In this document: in pieces, positions 48,777 to 63,400 of the stretch
How positions within the stretch are numbered: position 1 is the stretch's first letter
Layout: each line of letters opens with the position of its first letter
Origin: Chlorokybus atmophyticus
Lineage: Eukaryota > Plantae > Mesostigma and Chlorokybus algae
Reading direction: 5' to 3'
Assembly (NCBI GenBank): GCA_009103225.1
Contig: RHPI01000772.1
Coordinates: 379,810-443,809, forward strand
DNA: 64,000 bases
Notes under the pieces: model-generated
Seen by the model: only the letters and a program-made list of their open reading frames with translations
Databases searched by the model: none
Told to the model about the DNA's origin: nothing
Translations under genes and position numbers: made by a program

Positions 48777-51291
48777 GCCTCACAAATGTTTTCTTGCAAC
48801 CTACTGCATTCTTATGCTACATCAGGGCGTTCAGCTGAGCATTTACGTCTTGAAAAAAAGTTATGCTGGAGAACACATTGTGAGACAGACCTCAAAAGGC
48901 CATAAGTTGATCAAACTGTTTCGGCCGTTTAAAGCTGATGCGCTTGAAGCTCAGGTTGCACTGATGAGTATGGGGAAGCTTACGCCACAAATCACCTCCG
49001 CCTCCATCAAGTCAACACGCACTGTGTCACCTCCCAGGAATGGCTCGCTTTGATATCATCCGCCACCGACGCCCTCTTCGCAGCAAGAGCTATCACACGC
49101 AATTCTGAGAAATGCAGCAGCACTGATAACGACACGCTGATGGTGTTGTGCAAGAGGTGTTACAACGGCATGCAGTGCTATTGCCAAGACCCTCCTCTTC
49201 AGTTGGTCCCAATGAAGGTTACTTGTGGGACAGCTGTTGCACCCATGGATCACATTAGGCGAGAGTGAGTCACTCTCCCTCCAATAGGCCCTCTATGGAG
49301 CGCGGGTGTTACAAAATGAGGGGTTTCCACTATGTCACATCAGCAAAAGGCGCTGATGGTTGAGGAATTAATATAAATCTATGCTACAATTATAACAGCG
49401 GGTTTGGTTATGGGCAAGGAGGAGCTCAATTCTTTGTTGGGGTGGCCTGATCGTTGCCATAGGATTACAGCATAACCATACCGCGAGTGGGGAGTTTGCA
49501 AGCATGGAGTGCGGAAGCAGCTTCTGGATGTGCCCTTATTGAACTCTTAATTGTCGAGGTAAACGTCCATTGCAAATCATTCGGTGCATTTGGCATTGAA
49601 CATGTGCTCTGCCTCCTACAGGTTGCCGCGAGTCCAAATGGGTGGTGCTAAGCGGCGCTAGATTCCAAACAGGTGTACGCCTATTTAGGACTATCTCATT
49701 TTACGAGAATGCGCTTGGTATTGCAACGTCAGGCTTCTTCTTGGCTCTGAGCTATCAGCGGTGTGGGTGTCTGCTGGGTGTCAAAGAGGTTGTCCTCACC
49801 GTTAAGCTTTTGTTATGAGTTATTCTCAAGGCTGCATATAGTATGATAGAGGGGCCCCTAGTCATATCTACACTCATCATGACATTACCCAAGCACCAGC
49901 ACTTGCAGCAAATCCAACACATTTACCCTAATGCTATTGCTAAGGGGGCTGCAACTATGTGCAAAGCAGGCAGGTTCAGACTGTGGGCGACATCATCATG
50001 CTGCCAAGTTCCCATAAGGGGCCATTGGCTTGTTCCCCACAAGCAAGAGGGAACTTCATGGCATGCATGTTTTAAAGTACTAGGTGACTGTACAACACTG
50101 GTAGAAATGGGTTTTAGTAAGTAAGGCTAGATCTCCAACTTTGTAACGGAGCCGAACATTATTTGTGGATTTTGCAAATTTCACGGCGAATCCGTATACA
50201 CGTTATAGCTGTAGCCAGATTTTTATAAAGACCTATCACAAAAGGCAATCTGCTGGCGACAATCGTAAATACCGGATCCCTAATAATGTTGAGGATCGAT
50301 GTTACATAATTTAGGGTTCAGATCGTGAGAAAGACTTGTAAATCGTAATTACGGTTGTGACGAGTTCATTACCAATACGTATTTACTCCCTGACGCAATC
50401 AAGGACTCGACGATAATAGTAGAATGCATTTTTGCTGCATGTTAAAGCTGTAGACATCATCATTGAAATCGTGACCAGTTCCATCGGCGAGAATTTCTTG
50501 CTTAACAAGGTTGTAACGCTAGGATCGTTACTTTTCCATTGTTATAAACCCCAATTGTCTTACGGCCTCACCCCCGCGGCCTATTTAGGGCTTGCCCCGC
50601 GGCCTGCTAGTAGCAGGCCGCGGGGCAAGCAAGCAGGAGGTTGCTACCTGCACTTGCCTACAACTTCGCAAACAACCTTGCACCAGCAGGTTACGCAGAG
50701 AGCTTAAAGCAAACAGCTGCCGGTCATTTCGCGCTGTAATTGGTCAGAACGGCAGATCGAACAAAGTCTTCAACCCCAAGTGGTAAATTCCACCTTCACC
50801 TTTATTTCTTTAACACAAGCTACCGGTACCGGTAGCCGTGCCTCTATGTATATGTATATATATATATATATATGTATACGTTTTGATTCATATATTATGT
50901 ATATGTATATAACTAGCGTTGCGGATAATTCGGCGAGATCGGGGCGGCCGAGAGGCCGGCATTAGGGCACAAAGACACATCACACGCGCACCACAAGGGC
51001 CATCACATACGGCACCCGCGGCTACCTGCCTGCCGCGCATACCGCGCAGCCCGCCTGCCTCTCATTGGCTAGGCGGCGATTATTAGCTATCAGCCATTCG
51101 CTCTATAAACAGATCTCAATTTTTCAAAGCACATCCTTATGTCGTACATTTGCTTAAAGTATAAGCGAATGATTCAATGAATCCATTCACGTGGAGCACA
51201 ACATGCACGGCGCACATATGCGTCATGTGTGTGTTGTACAGTACAGTCAATGTTCCAATGTAATCAGGTACAACTGTGTACCTGTACTGTA

Positions 51292-51738
51292 TAGTCTACC
51301 CCCTTAAAAAGCATACTGTGAATCCTTCAAGATCGTATGCTCTTGGCGGGGTTATGCTCTTCAAGTCTAAGAGCATAATATGCTCTTAAACGTTAAGAGC
51401 ATATATATGCTATAAACGCAGATTCATTACGCCCAGTACGCCCATTACATCACGCGCATCACGTGACGTCTGTTACGTCATCACGCTCATTACGCTAGTT
51501 ACGCGTCTCACTTTACTCATCACGCCTTATGCCACACCCGTCACACGCTACTCCCTCGATGTTCAGAATATGCACATTAAAACTTACAAAAATTTCCTTT
51601 TAACAAAAATACGTTATTTACGGTTAGTCATAATCTCTTAAGCCAAGTAACGTTTGCGTATAAATCTTTGGTAATCTTAGATTGTATGCTGGAAGCAAGG
51701 TTATTCTTTTGAAGAAGTCTTTTAGCGGGGGTAGACTG
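51292..51738. mobile_element. Tc1/mariner-type MITE (447 bp)
   Basis: TIR (C/T)AGTCTACCCCC...GGGGGTAGACTG flanked by TA at 51290-51291 and 51739-51740; internal repeated tatgctctt/aagagcata motifs; no ORF. Confidence 0.75.
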
Positions 51739-54013
51739 TACCTTAGAGGGCCCGTACATTAACATTGGTACAACCTTAGTTAGGGCTTAAAGCCCTAGGT
51801 TTTACACTTGCATAACATAATTATGCAAGTGTATCACTTGCATAGTGCATATATGTAGTATGTTATATATGTATTATGTATACATATGCAAAATGCATGT
51901 ATGGTGTATAGTATAATGTACTAAAATATAGCGTACAACATATGCTTATGGCACATAAGCAATGGTATTGCATAAGATTTGACGTAGTCTATAAGAAGGC
52001 GGCGCCAAATGGTCACACGACATGACCATATGGCGCCCCCCCCCCAGCTTGCCATCACACCNGGCACCCGCGACCGGGAGACTGTCGGGCGGAACTGTGC
52101 GCGGCCCCGCCTGTCTCTGATTGGCTATTAGCCATCGACTGTTCGGTTTGTTCAACAGACCTTGACCGTTTGAAACACATCCCCACTGCTCATGTATATG
52201 CCCAAAAAATAAATAACAAATGAGCACAACAAGGTGCACATAGGGCGGCACATTATTTCACATGGTATGGGCATATAACACACTTATTAAGGTAGTACAT
52301 TACACAATAACGTTTTGACCGTGTCACGTGAAGCGGTTCTCAGTGTATAATGCAAAGGTTACGATTTGCAAAATTATGATAACCTTAAACACCTTAACGT
52401 TAAGATTCAACCAAATGGTAAATAGCGCCGTCGGACCATCGTTCAGATATATAAACTATACTGCAAATGGTGTATAGACTTGACAAAGGCCGTTGCCATA
52501 AAAAAGGCAAAAAAAATGCCAATCATTGCAAAGATGCTCATAAATGTCGAAGGCATCTCAGCGGCAACGCCATTCCTCATAACGAGTCCGAGTACGGGCT
52601 TTTGGGCGCTAACTTGGCAACAGTTCGCAGTTATACGCGCGCGTCTTGGGTGGTACGAGGTCGGAGTGGGCCCCATACCCCAAACATCTGCCGCCATCAG
52701 TACCCATCACTTTTAACTGTTTCACACCCTACCACTTCACACCAACAATTACCCGCTAACATAAAAGGAGCAGCATACATGGTCTTTAGTCGAATCAATA
52801 ATATCAATATGCATGCCAGTAGTTGCAACTACATATAATGAATCGTACAGTACACATGTATATAAATATTGTGTATTTACATGGTGCTGATGTATGCAGC
52901 TGTTGGTGCATGCATCGCGTGATACATAATCGCAAACATCTGGCAAGTGAGGCAGTCGCTACTTAAGGATAAACAATAATTATTTTGCAAACACCTCACT
53001 AATAGACCGGTGTTGTTATAGTCTAATTGGTCAATGTCTAGGTCATCGATAGTTGGCTTACAGTCCTGGCCGCTTTACCCGCGCGGGTTCAACTCCCAGT
53101 GGTGTAGCAATTGCTTATTGTTGATGCATACTTTCTTTTTGCTGCAAATTGCGGCCATGTCATTAACATCCATCTCCTTAATGCGTGACCAAAAAGTATT
53201 AAAATATGTGACCATTATTAAGTTTAAGAGTAGATGGACCGACTTAATGCACGCCATCTACTTCACCTAAATGCCTGCAGGATACTAAATTAAGTTGTAA
53301 CCAAGGCAGGAAAAGAGGCAAAAACCAGTACCTCGATTGCCAATAAATACGTAACATAGTTATGGCTAGATCTCTACTACCAAGTTGTGGTCAGAGCCAG
53401 ACTGATGGAGCCATTTCCACCGGTGCAAATAGAGGTGTGCTTGTATAGAACTCCCCATTGAAGCTGATGTATAATACCGCCAGGATCATCCATGATGGTG
53501 GACCTACCTGAAGGCTATGGCAGGGCTTTGGTTGAACTCAGCATGTTTGCAGTCCTTTGAGATGTGAACCATGGCCAAGCAAAGTGTGTAAAGAAATGAC
53601 ATCATGACGCCACATGCATGCGCAGACAATTGAGAGTCTATCAACCACCCCAGGCGCTCTCAACACTAATACAGCACTATTACAATGTGCTGCCACACAA
53701 GCATTGCATGTTGGCAAACGAGTGGTATACATGTGGTCATGCCCGATGGGGACTTTGATGTCACAACACTCCATCAGGCGTATGTATGCTTGATAGAAAG
53801 AGATCACATGCATACAATGCAGTGTCGCTTGTGTGGGTTTGCGTTTGCTGTCCCGCTTTTGTGCTAATGCTTGCTTGCTATGCAGTCTGCAGTGGGGCTG
53901 CTTGCAGCCATAATTGCGGTCTCCCACCTGCTGCTGCTTCGGCGGTGCTCTTTGCCCTTGCCGTCGCGAATGCACCTGGCCTAGCCTGCCTCAGGTGTGC
54001 CCCCCCCCCGCCC

Positions 54014-57000
54014 CCNNNNNNNNNNNNNNNNNNNNNNNNNNNNNNNNNNNNNNNNNNNNNNNNNNNNNNNNNNNNNNNNNNNNNNNNNNNNNNNNNNNNN
54101 NNNNNNNNNNNNNNNNNNNNNNNNNNNNNNNNNNNNNNNNNNNNNNNNNNNNNNNNNNNNNNNNNNNNNNNNNNNNNNNNNNNNNNNNNNNNNNNNNNNN
54201 NNNNNNNNNNNNNNNNNNNNNNNNNNNNNNNNNNNNNNNNNNNNNNNNNNNNNNNNNNNNNNNNNNNNNNNNNNNNNNNNNNNNNNNNNNNNNNNNNNNN
54301 NNNNNNNNNNNNNNNNNNNNNNNNNNNNNNNNNNNNNNNNNNNNNNNNNNNNNNNNNNNNNNNNNNNNNNNNNNNNNNNNNNNNNNNNNNNNNNNNNNNN
54401 NNNNNNNNNNNNNNNNNNNNNNNNNNNNNNNNNNNNNNNNNNNNNNNNNNNNNNNNNNNNNNNNNNNNNNNNNNNNNNNNNNNNNNNNNNNNNNNNNNNN
54501 NNNNNNNNNNNNNNNNNNNNNNNNNNNNNNNNNNNNNNNNNNNNNNNNNNNNNNNNNNNNNNNNNNNNNNNNNNNNNNNNNNNNNNNNNNNNNNNNNNNN
54601 NNNNNNNNNNNNNNNNNNNNNNNNNNNNNNNNNNNNNNNNNNNNNNNNNNNNNNNNNNNNNNNNNNNNNNNNNNNNNNNNNNNNNNNNNNNNNNNNNNNN
54701 NNNNNNNNNNNNNNNNNNNNNNNNNNNNNNNNNNNNNNNNNNNNNNNNNNNNNNNNNNNNNNNNNNNNNNNNNNNNNNNNNNNNNNNNNNNNNNNNNNNN
54801 NNNNNNNNNNNNNACACAAGGATTACTTGCTGGAGCGTCGTATGCTATGGCGTCCGCTTGCAACCCAAGTGGGCGATTGCTGAGGATGGGGACGGGGCCT
54901 TCTCCGGATATGTTGAACACTGACAGCAGTGGCCCGTCTCGCGCGTGATCCATGCCATAGTGTAACACAAACACCCTCGTGTGTACTGTCATCAACCATG
55001 TGGTAAGCAATGCTTTTGGATCATCGTTTGCGCCAGTGCGCGTACACGTGCGTGCGTTTGTATGTGCACCTTGGTCGAAAGACATAAATCTGACACAAAA
55101 GTCCCACAGCTGCTGGTTGGTGATCGAGCGATAATTGGGAGAGATGGCTCCGTAGCTGACGGAGCAGGTTGGGTGTATGCCATGCTGGTCTTGCCAAGCC
55201 CACCACACCCTGTGCGGCGTCACTGCGAGCCGCACAATACACAAGCACATGTAAGAGTCTCATCACATGTCTAAAGCTTAGAAGTCAACTGTTAGCAAGG
55301 AGAGCGCTTCACTACGCAGCCATCACGGCAGAGGATGGAGGGTGGGGAGTTCTTCTTAGCAGCCCCACCCCCCGTGGCCCTCCGTGGGTGCCCACATTCC
55401 CTCTCTCCCAATGCCCGCTTCCCTCCCTTCTGCATTCTAAGGATGTGCGACACAAAAGCAACACTACCAGCGGTTGCTTACAATTATGGTGAAAATAACA
55501 TGCTTTCTCACCCACTCGCCCACTTCGTTCAGAACTACACACTTCACACGTTTGGCATCCGTGCTGTCACACACGCACCTGAGGAGTCAACATGAATGCT
55601 GTACAACGCATCCCATGAATATCCCGGGCTTCTTTCGCCTAAATACAGGTAATCTTCATACACATCCAGGATGACCGCCTCGGGCCAGGTGGCAGTCTGT
55701 ACGGCAAAATGCGTGACATACGAGATGCCATCTCCAGCCGGATATAGAGCCGCAAAGTACACGTACTCTTTTCCGCTATCTGCATCACACCACAAGAAAG
55801 CCATGAGATGCCTGTACAATGCATTGTGCGCTTCCTCGCGCTCTCCAAAGCTGTCTCACCATCCACATCAACAGCAAACGTATCGTAGTAAGTGTAGTTG
55901 GAATGGAAATGAACGGGTTGAGCAAAGCGCGAGCTGCGTTGGTAGCGGTCGGGATGCCATGCCGCAGGCTTGCGAAACACCCCCACGGCGCGAGTGGAGC
56001 AGTTGCGCCCCAAGAAGTAAAGGTTCTCTGCCATTGCATACGCTCGGTGGTTCAAGCAGGCATCCTGGCATTGTTTTCATATGCGCACCTCTGTGCTCAC
56101 ACACACGTACCTCCTACGACGTGAAGGTTGCCAGGGTAAAAGTACGTGCTTGCAGTGCTTAGAGTAAAGTCGACCGCTTCCACGCTGTGGGGAGAGTAAG
56201 GGTAGGTGCAGGCTTCAAGCACTGTCACACTGCGGCCGGTTGCATCGTTCCAGAAGGCAATCTCCAACTTCTTTTCTCTAAGGCAGAAGTTGCTCAGGGC
56301 ATAAGTGGAGGCATCCTGTGGATCGTTCACAGAGGCGAGGCTTGGAGCAGCCTGATAAGGGTCCGGGGGTTGATTGCTTCCTTGCCGACTTGTGCAGTTG
56401 ACGTTATTGCTGATAGGGTAGGCGATGGCGCTGATGCAGGGACATACACGTCGCAGTGCACTGGGAGGGTCACACCGTAGTAGTCGTCATAATAAGGCAG
56501 CACGGAGGTGTTTTTCACGCGTTTAGTGTATTGGTCTGTCATATAGACATTGGGAAGGCTGAATGTGCCATCTGCACTTGTAATGGTCGACTGGACATAC
56601 ACATCGCAGTGCACTGGGAGGGTCACACCGTAGTAGTCGTCATAATAAGGCAGCACGGAGGTGTTTTTCACGCGTTCAACGTATTGGTCTGTCATATAGA
56701 CATTGGGAAGGCTGAATGTGCCATCTGCACTTGTAATGGTCGACTGGCTGAAGTGCAACAACACCGGATGGACCCCGTAGTAATCTTCATCCCCGTTAAA
56801 GACATGGACATACGTTGTGCAATTCAGCACCACCTGCATGACATATGAACTAGAAGTGATTGGGCTCGCTCTCTCGCACATGTGTAGAGAAAACATGTTG
56901 AAAACGTGTAGACATCTAAGGAGCCTCGACTCAGGTCCTGGCTTCCACCCACTGCTGAGGGGACCTGCCTGCCCTTAGCACCGGAGCGTACCTCGCTGCA

Positions 57001-57492
57001 CGTGACGGGGACTTGGATGCCGCTGTTGCATTTGTCGCAGAACAGTCGTCCAGGAATCACAGCCGTGGCAGCTGCACAACGCATGGGTGAAGTTGTTGTT
57101 AGCATCAGAAAGCATGCCTAACAACTGGTGCGATCAAGACAAGAAGAAAGCCAACACACTGTCATGCAAACAAAGGAAGCCTCCTCCTCCTTTTCCTCTG
57201 ACGTCAGAGGAAAAGGAGGGGGGCTCCGACTGTTCATGCTCATGTTTGTGTCCATGTTTCATGCATGTCGCCTCTCTTTGTCATGTTGACTGCTGCCAGA
57301 GTTGTTGGCCAAACACGCTATCCAGCTATATCCATTTCTTGCATTGCACTTGTGCATGCATTCCACTTTGCCACCAAACCGGACTGACCAAGCAGAAGTA
57401 CGAGGCACGCGCAATGCCTCGCACTTCTTCTCACCAGCAGCGAGGGGCTGGACGAGTAGAACCAGCAGCGCCGCCACACGCATCAGCGCCAT
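54014..57492 (-). pseudogene. Secreted multi-exon protein, copy B (inverted paralogue of 42451-45911), disrupted
   Basis: MALMRVAALLVLLVQPLAA signal peptide at 57492; the same exon series as copy A; 153-bp in-frame tandem duplication (56440-56746); 16-bp frameshifting deletion near 56425; the 3' part falls in the N gap 54016-54813. Confidence 0.65.
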
Positions 57493-57673
57493 GCTTGCCT
57501 GCGCACTCCCTGTTGTTGCGTTAGAGCCGCAAGGTCCTCCACACACGCTTCTTGCTGAAAGAAGTGAGGGGTGAAATGAGTCCGGGCGTGCACACACACG
57601 GGCAACTGCAGAGAGCTCACAATCACCACCAAGCACGAAGAGCGGGGGTCAACACGCGCGGAGCTAGGCACCA

Positions 57674-58693
<1,020 letters not shown>

Positions 58694-59827
58694 CAACAGC
58701 AGCGCGGCAGCACGGCACTCACTCTGTAACTGCCGACGCACCCGCGCTCTGCTAGCGACCCGCAGGCTCCGGGCGTTGCAAGCAGGCAGGCACCGTCGCA
58801 TCAGCGCCCCCCCAACTCAGCATGCGCAGCCGCCGCCGCACCAGCCACAGACCACCACCTCCGCATCCTGCGCCCCAACCTTCCAACTCCATTACCCACC
58901 CACCCACCGACCACCACACGCCGACACCGAGAGCAAGACAACAATGATGGCGGCCACGACATGCCCCACGGCACGCGATACTGGATACTGTTCAAGGTAC
59001 ACGTTCCAAAGGTACGTGTTGTACAACCTACCCCAACTGTTTACACACAGCTGTGTTGCATGATATACGCTGGAATACGTCGCCATAGCAAAAGTCTCTC
59101 AGGGGGATCGTTGTCCGCCCTATATACGCATCGCACACGCATGCCCGGTGGGGGCATTCCCCCACACGACGGAAGGGCCATCAGTGGCCCATCACACATC
59201 AGCTGGGGTAAAGCCTTCGTTTCCTTGGGTTGTCCGGGTCGCTGTCCGGCAAAGCCGGTCTACGCCGACGTGGGGTTTTGGATGTAGAGCGTCTACGCTG
59301 ACTGCTGTTGTTGACCGTGCAGAAGTCTGCGCGGACCGGTCTATTCTGTCGATGCTGATCCGCGTGACCACCCCAAACTACGAGCACTTTGGTCGGCGGT
59401 CGTAGCAGCGGTTGGCTGACCATCTCGCATTGAGGCAAACGGGTTGCATTTGCCGCCGTCAGTGTCGACATAGGCAGGCTGCCTATGTCATGGCATGCCA
59501 TAACCCTGTCTGGTAGTATACTAACCATTGTCTACGCTTAGTTTACTACCTGACAGCGTACGATGTCCTGCACCCGCTCGGGCCTCTCCAATTCATTCAC
59601 TCAGACGCCGTAGAGTGGAGTGCATTGCAACGGCTCAGATCGCGGTGCAGAGTGAATTTCGCGACTTCACTCTCTATCACTGGAGTGATCATTTGCGATC
59701 ACCATATTGAACACACCGTTGGCTTCTGTCGGCTGCTGTAGCCAGAACTATGGCTACGGGGTGCTAACGTTAGCGGCGCTGATAACTCAGAGCAGGCGGT
59801 TGCTTGTTTGAAATTTGTGGCCGTTGC

Positions 59828-60499
59828 TGTGACGGTGCTCGTGCCTTGTCACCTGTGAGTTGGTCCAATCCACAACCCTCTCACCAAGACACGGTATTCA
59901 CACCGGAACCTTGCCCCCTCTGCCAAGCACACACGCGCGCCCCGCCACTCGCGTACGCACGCGCATGCGCTCGAAGCTACACACCGACTTGTGTAGCGCC
60001 TTGGATCGTCACACAAGCAAGCACACACCGGTGGGCACACGCTAGCAACCCCTGCTAACCACCACCAAGCTTGCACACAAGAAACTAGGGAGCTAAAGGT
60101 TGTATTGCAAATTGTAGAATGTCACTTTTATACCTACCAGTCTGCACATGCTACTGTCTAGACGATTCTAGCGCTAGACGGACCTAGAAGCTAAGATACT
60201 CTTGCAGAATCTTGTAGTACACTTCTAGACCTTTCCAACGCACCAAAGGTCTCCTAATTTGCTGCTCATATGGTCAAGTTATACTACTTGGCGCCAGGCC
60301 CTTCCAGAAATCTGGTCGAGCCCTTCTCGACTGGCCCTCCGTTTTCTGGCACCTTCCGGACTGGTCTTGGGGCCCCGGTCGATATCCGCGGCAGACTCAT
60401 AACTCGCCGATATCCGCCACAAGTCATTAAAAACATGTACCTTACAAATAAGGCCTAAAACGGCCATGAAAATCACAGAATTTGGCCTTGACTGTTACA
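59828..60499 (-). mobile_element. 3' LTR of the chromovirus
   Basis: Starts TGTAAC at 60499 after PPT ggggggggaggag; TATAAAA at 60132-60126; the end at ...GTCACA (59828) is tentative (alternative ...GCTACA near 59737). Confidence 0.65.
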
Positions 60500-63400
60500 C
60501 TCCTCCCCCCCCAGGTGAGCTTCGTCCTCGAAGCTCGCGAGGTTGTCGTCGAGCAAGATAGGCACGCACAACGTCTTGAGCATTAGTCAAGTGTGCCTCT
60601 GGCTCCCAGGATGCTTCATGCAACGGATAGCCCTTCCATTTCACTAAGAACTTGCGTACGCCATGCACAAACTTCTCACCAAGGATGTCTTCTACCTCCC
60701 ACTCGGGTTCACCGTCCGTGCCAACTTCGGGGGGTGGCCTTTCTGGCGGTTGTCCTCGATATGCTTTCAGAAGGGAGACGTGAAAAACGGGGTGCACACG
60801 CATGGTGTCGGGTAGCTCCAACTTGTACGCCACGTCCGAGATAACTTTGCTGACCTTAAATGGTCCCAACCAGCGTTCATTCAGCTTGCGAACTCCCGTA
60901 CGCACCTGGACGTGCTTCGCGGAGAGTAACACAATGTCGCCTTCCTGAAACGTGAGGTGTCGGCGATGCGCGTCCGCGTACTGCTTCTGCCGATTTTGTG
61001 CCACCAATAACGCATCCCTAGCTGCCTTGTTAATGTCCGCGCACTTTGTAAGGAAATCATTAGCTGCCTCCACACGCACGTCATGTCGTCGCGGTGTCCA
61101 TGCCGTCAACGGTGTCAATGGATGTTGCCCGTAGTTCATAAGGAAGGGAGTGACACCTGTGCTTGCATTGTGGTGGCTGTTGATCGCAAACTCAACCAAC
61201 TCAAGCAGCTCCTCCCAATTGTCTTGTCGCGCGTTAACGTAGCAACGCAGCATGTCCTCGATCACACGGTTGGCCCGCTCCGTTTGCCCATCAGTTTGCG
61301 GGTGGAATGCCGTGCTAAACTTCAGTGTGGTACCCAGTGCACTATGCAGCGCCTCCCAAAACTTACTTGTAAAGCGCTGGTCGCGATCACTCACAATGCT
61401 TCGTGGTAATCCATGAGAACGAAATACATGCTTCACGAACAAGCGTGCTGCCTCCGGTGCCGTGCAAGACTCACTACACGGTGCCAAGCGTACCATTTTG
61501 CTGGTTTTATCGACGAACACAAGTATAGCGTCGTACCCTTCTTTTGTCTTTGGTAGCCCCGTGATAAAGTCCATGGTAACCTGTTCCCACTTGGACAATG
61601 GCACAGGGAGAGGTTGCAGCAACCCACCTGGCTTTTGGTTGCTTGCCTTCACCCTTTGGCATGCGTCGCACAACGCCACGTAGTCGCGCACATCGCGATG
61701 CATCTCTCGCCAGTAAAAACGCTGTTTTAAGCTTGCCAAAGTCCTTTCCAACCCTTGGTGACCAGCAATGGGCACGTCATGAGCTTCCTTCAGCAACTTC
61801 ACACGGATATGCGCGACGTTGGGGATGTACAAGCGCCCATGGTGCCACAGCAGCCCGTCGCGCATTGACCAGTGCCCACTTGTGTCCGTAGCTGTATTTT
61901 CCAGCTCTTGCAACACTTTCATACCCTCCGTGTCTTCACGAAGCACTTGCCGAATCTGGTCGGTCCACTCGGGCTGCACTTGAGCGAGTGCCTCAATTGC
62001 ATTAAGCCGGCTCAGCGCGTCAGCAACACCATTTGACGTACCGGGCTTGTACTTGATATCGAAGTCAAAAAGTTGAAAGAACTCAAGCCATCGAGCTTGT
62101 CTGCGACTCAGATGAGGTTGTGTTTGTAAGTACCTCAGTGGAGAGTGATCCGTCTCAAGCACGAACTTTTTGCCTTCCAAAAAACAACGCCATTGTCGTA
62201 GCGCCATGACTTGCGCTAAAAGTTCCTTCTCGTGCACGGGGTAATTCAGCTCCGCACCACTCATCTTCTTGCTGAAGAATGCTACTGGTTGAAGGCCGTT
62301 GCCATGGTCTTGCTGCAAAACAGCTCCTACGGCTGTGTCGGACGCGTCGCAAGCCAAAATAAATGTCTTTTCCATGTTGGGGTGAGCCAGGACTGGTGCC
62401 TCCGTCAGCGCCTTCTTCAACGCAGCAAATGCATGTTCCTCTGTTGCTGACCAGCTCCAATGCTTTCCCTTCTTGAGTAGGGTAGTCAAGGGAGCAGCTA
62501 TGCGCGAAAACCCCATGATAAACTTGCGATAATACCCCGCAAGGCCTAAAAAGGACATCACCTCCTTTACATTGGTCGGGGCAGCCCACTCGCGCACCAC
62601 CTGCACTTTGTTGGGGTCCGGCTTGATGCCTTCATGCGACACAATGTGGCCTAGGTACTCCACCTCTCGAAGCAAGAATTTGCACTTTTGTAGCTGGGCG
62701 TACAACTTGTGTTCGCGCAAACGCTGCAACACGCGCCGTAGAAGTGCCACGTGCTCCTCCTTTGTTGTCGCGTACACCAAAATGTCGTCGAGGTACACGA
62801 GGACTCCCTTACCAATCAAGTCAGCAAAAACGCTGTTCATAAGCGTTTGAAATGTTGCCGGTGCGTTCGTAAGTCCGAAGGACATGACCACCCACTCGTA
62901 GTGCCCATAACGTGTGTTAAAAGCTGTTTTCTCCACACCTCGGGCGCGATGCGGATTTGGTGATAACCTCCAGCAAGATCAAGTGTTGTGAAGTACTGCG
63001 CACCTTGCAATTGCTCCAGCAACTCGTCGATACGTGGGAGTGGAAAGCAATTCCTCTTCGTGATGTTGTTGAGAGCTCGGTAGTCGACGCACATGCGCAA
63101 GCTCCCGTTCTTCTTTCGTACAAACAAAATAGGTGCACCATAGGGGGACTTACTAGGCCTGATGTAGCCTCTTTGTAGCAAATCCGCCACCTGCCTCTCG
63201 GCCTCTTCCAGCTCCAAAGGTGACAACTTGTATACGGGTCGATACGGTGGCTTGTGCACGCCTTCAATCAGCTCCACACGGTGGTCGACGCTCCGTGGAG
63301 GTGGTAGACCAGATGGAAGTCCGTCCACCATGATATCTTGGTATTCTTTAACAAGTTTACACACCTCGGGGTCCATCGTAGCCGTCTTAACATCGTCATT

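Noticed and set aside
48961-49000. Hammerhead ribozyme core CTGATGAG (also at 18586)
   Set aside because: I found no downstream GAAA with closing stems; the 18586 instance is inside a coding exon.
53012-53107. tRNA gene (A-box-like TAGTCTAATTGG, B-box GGTTCAACTCC)
   Set aside because: The acceptor and T stems do not pair and box spacing is too long; at most a decayed tRNA-derived or SINE fragment.
48800-53400. Fanzor/TnpB, Helitron or KDZ transposase remnants in the spacer
   Set aside because: I recognised no RuvC, HUH/Rep or KDZ motifs in the frames examined.
59828-60140. Self-priming in the chromovirus
   Set aside because: Only the 3' LTR is in the window, so the PBS cannot be seen; untestable here.
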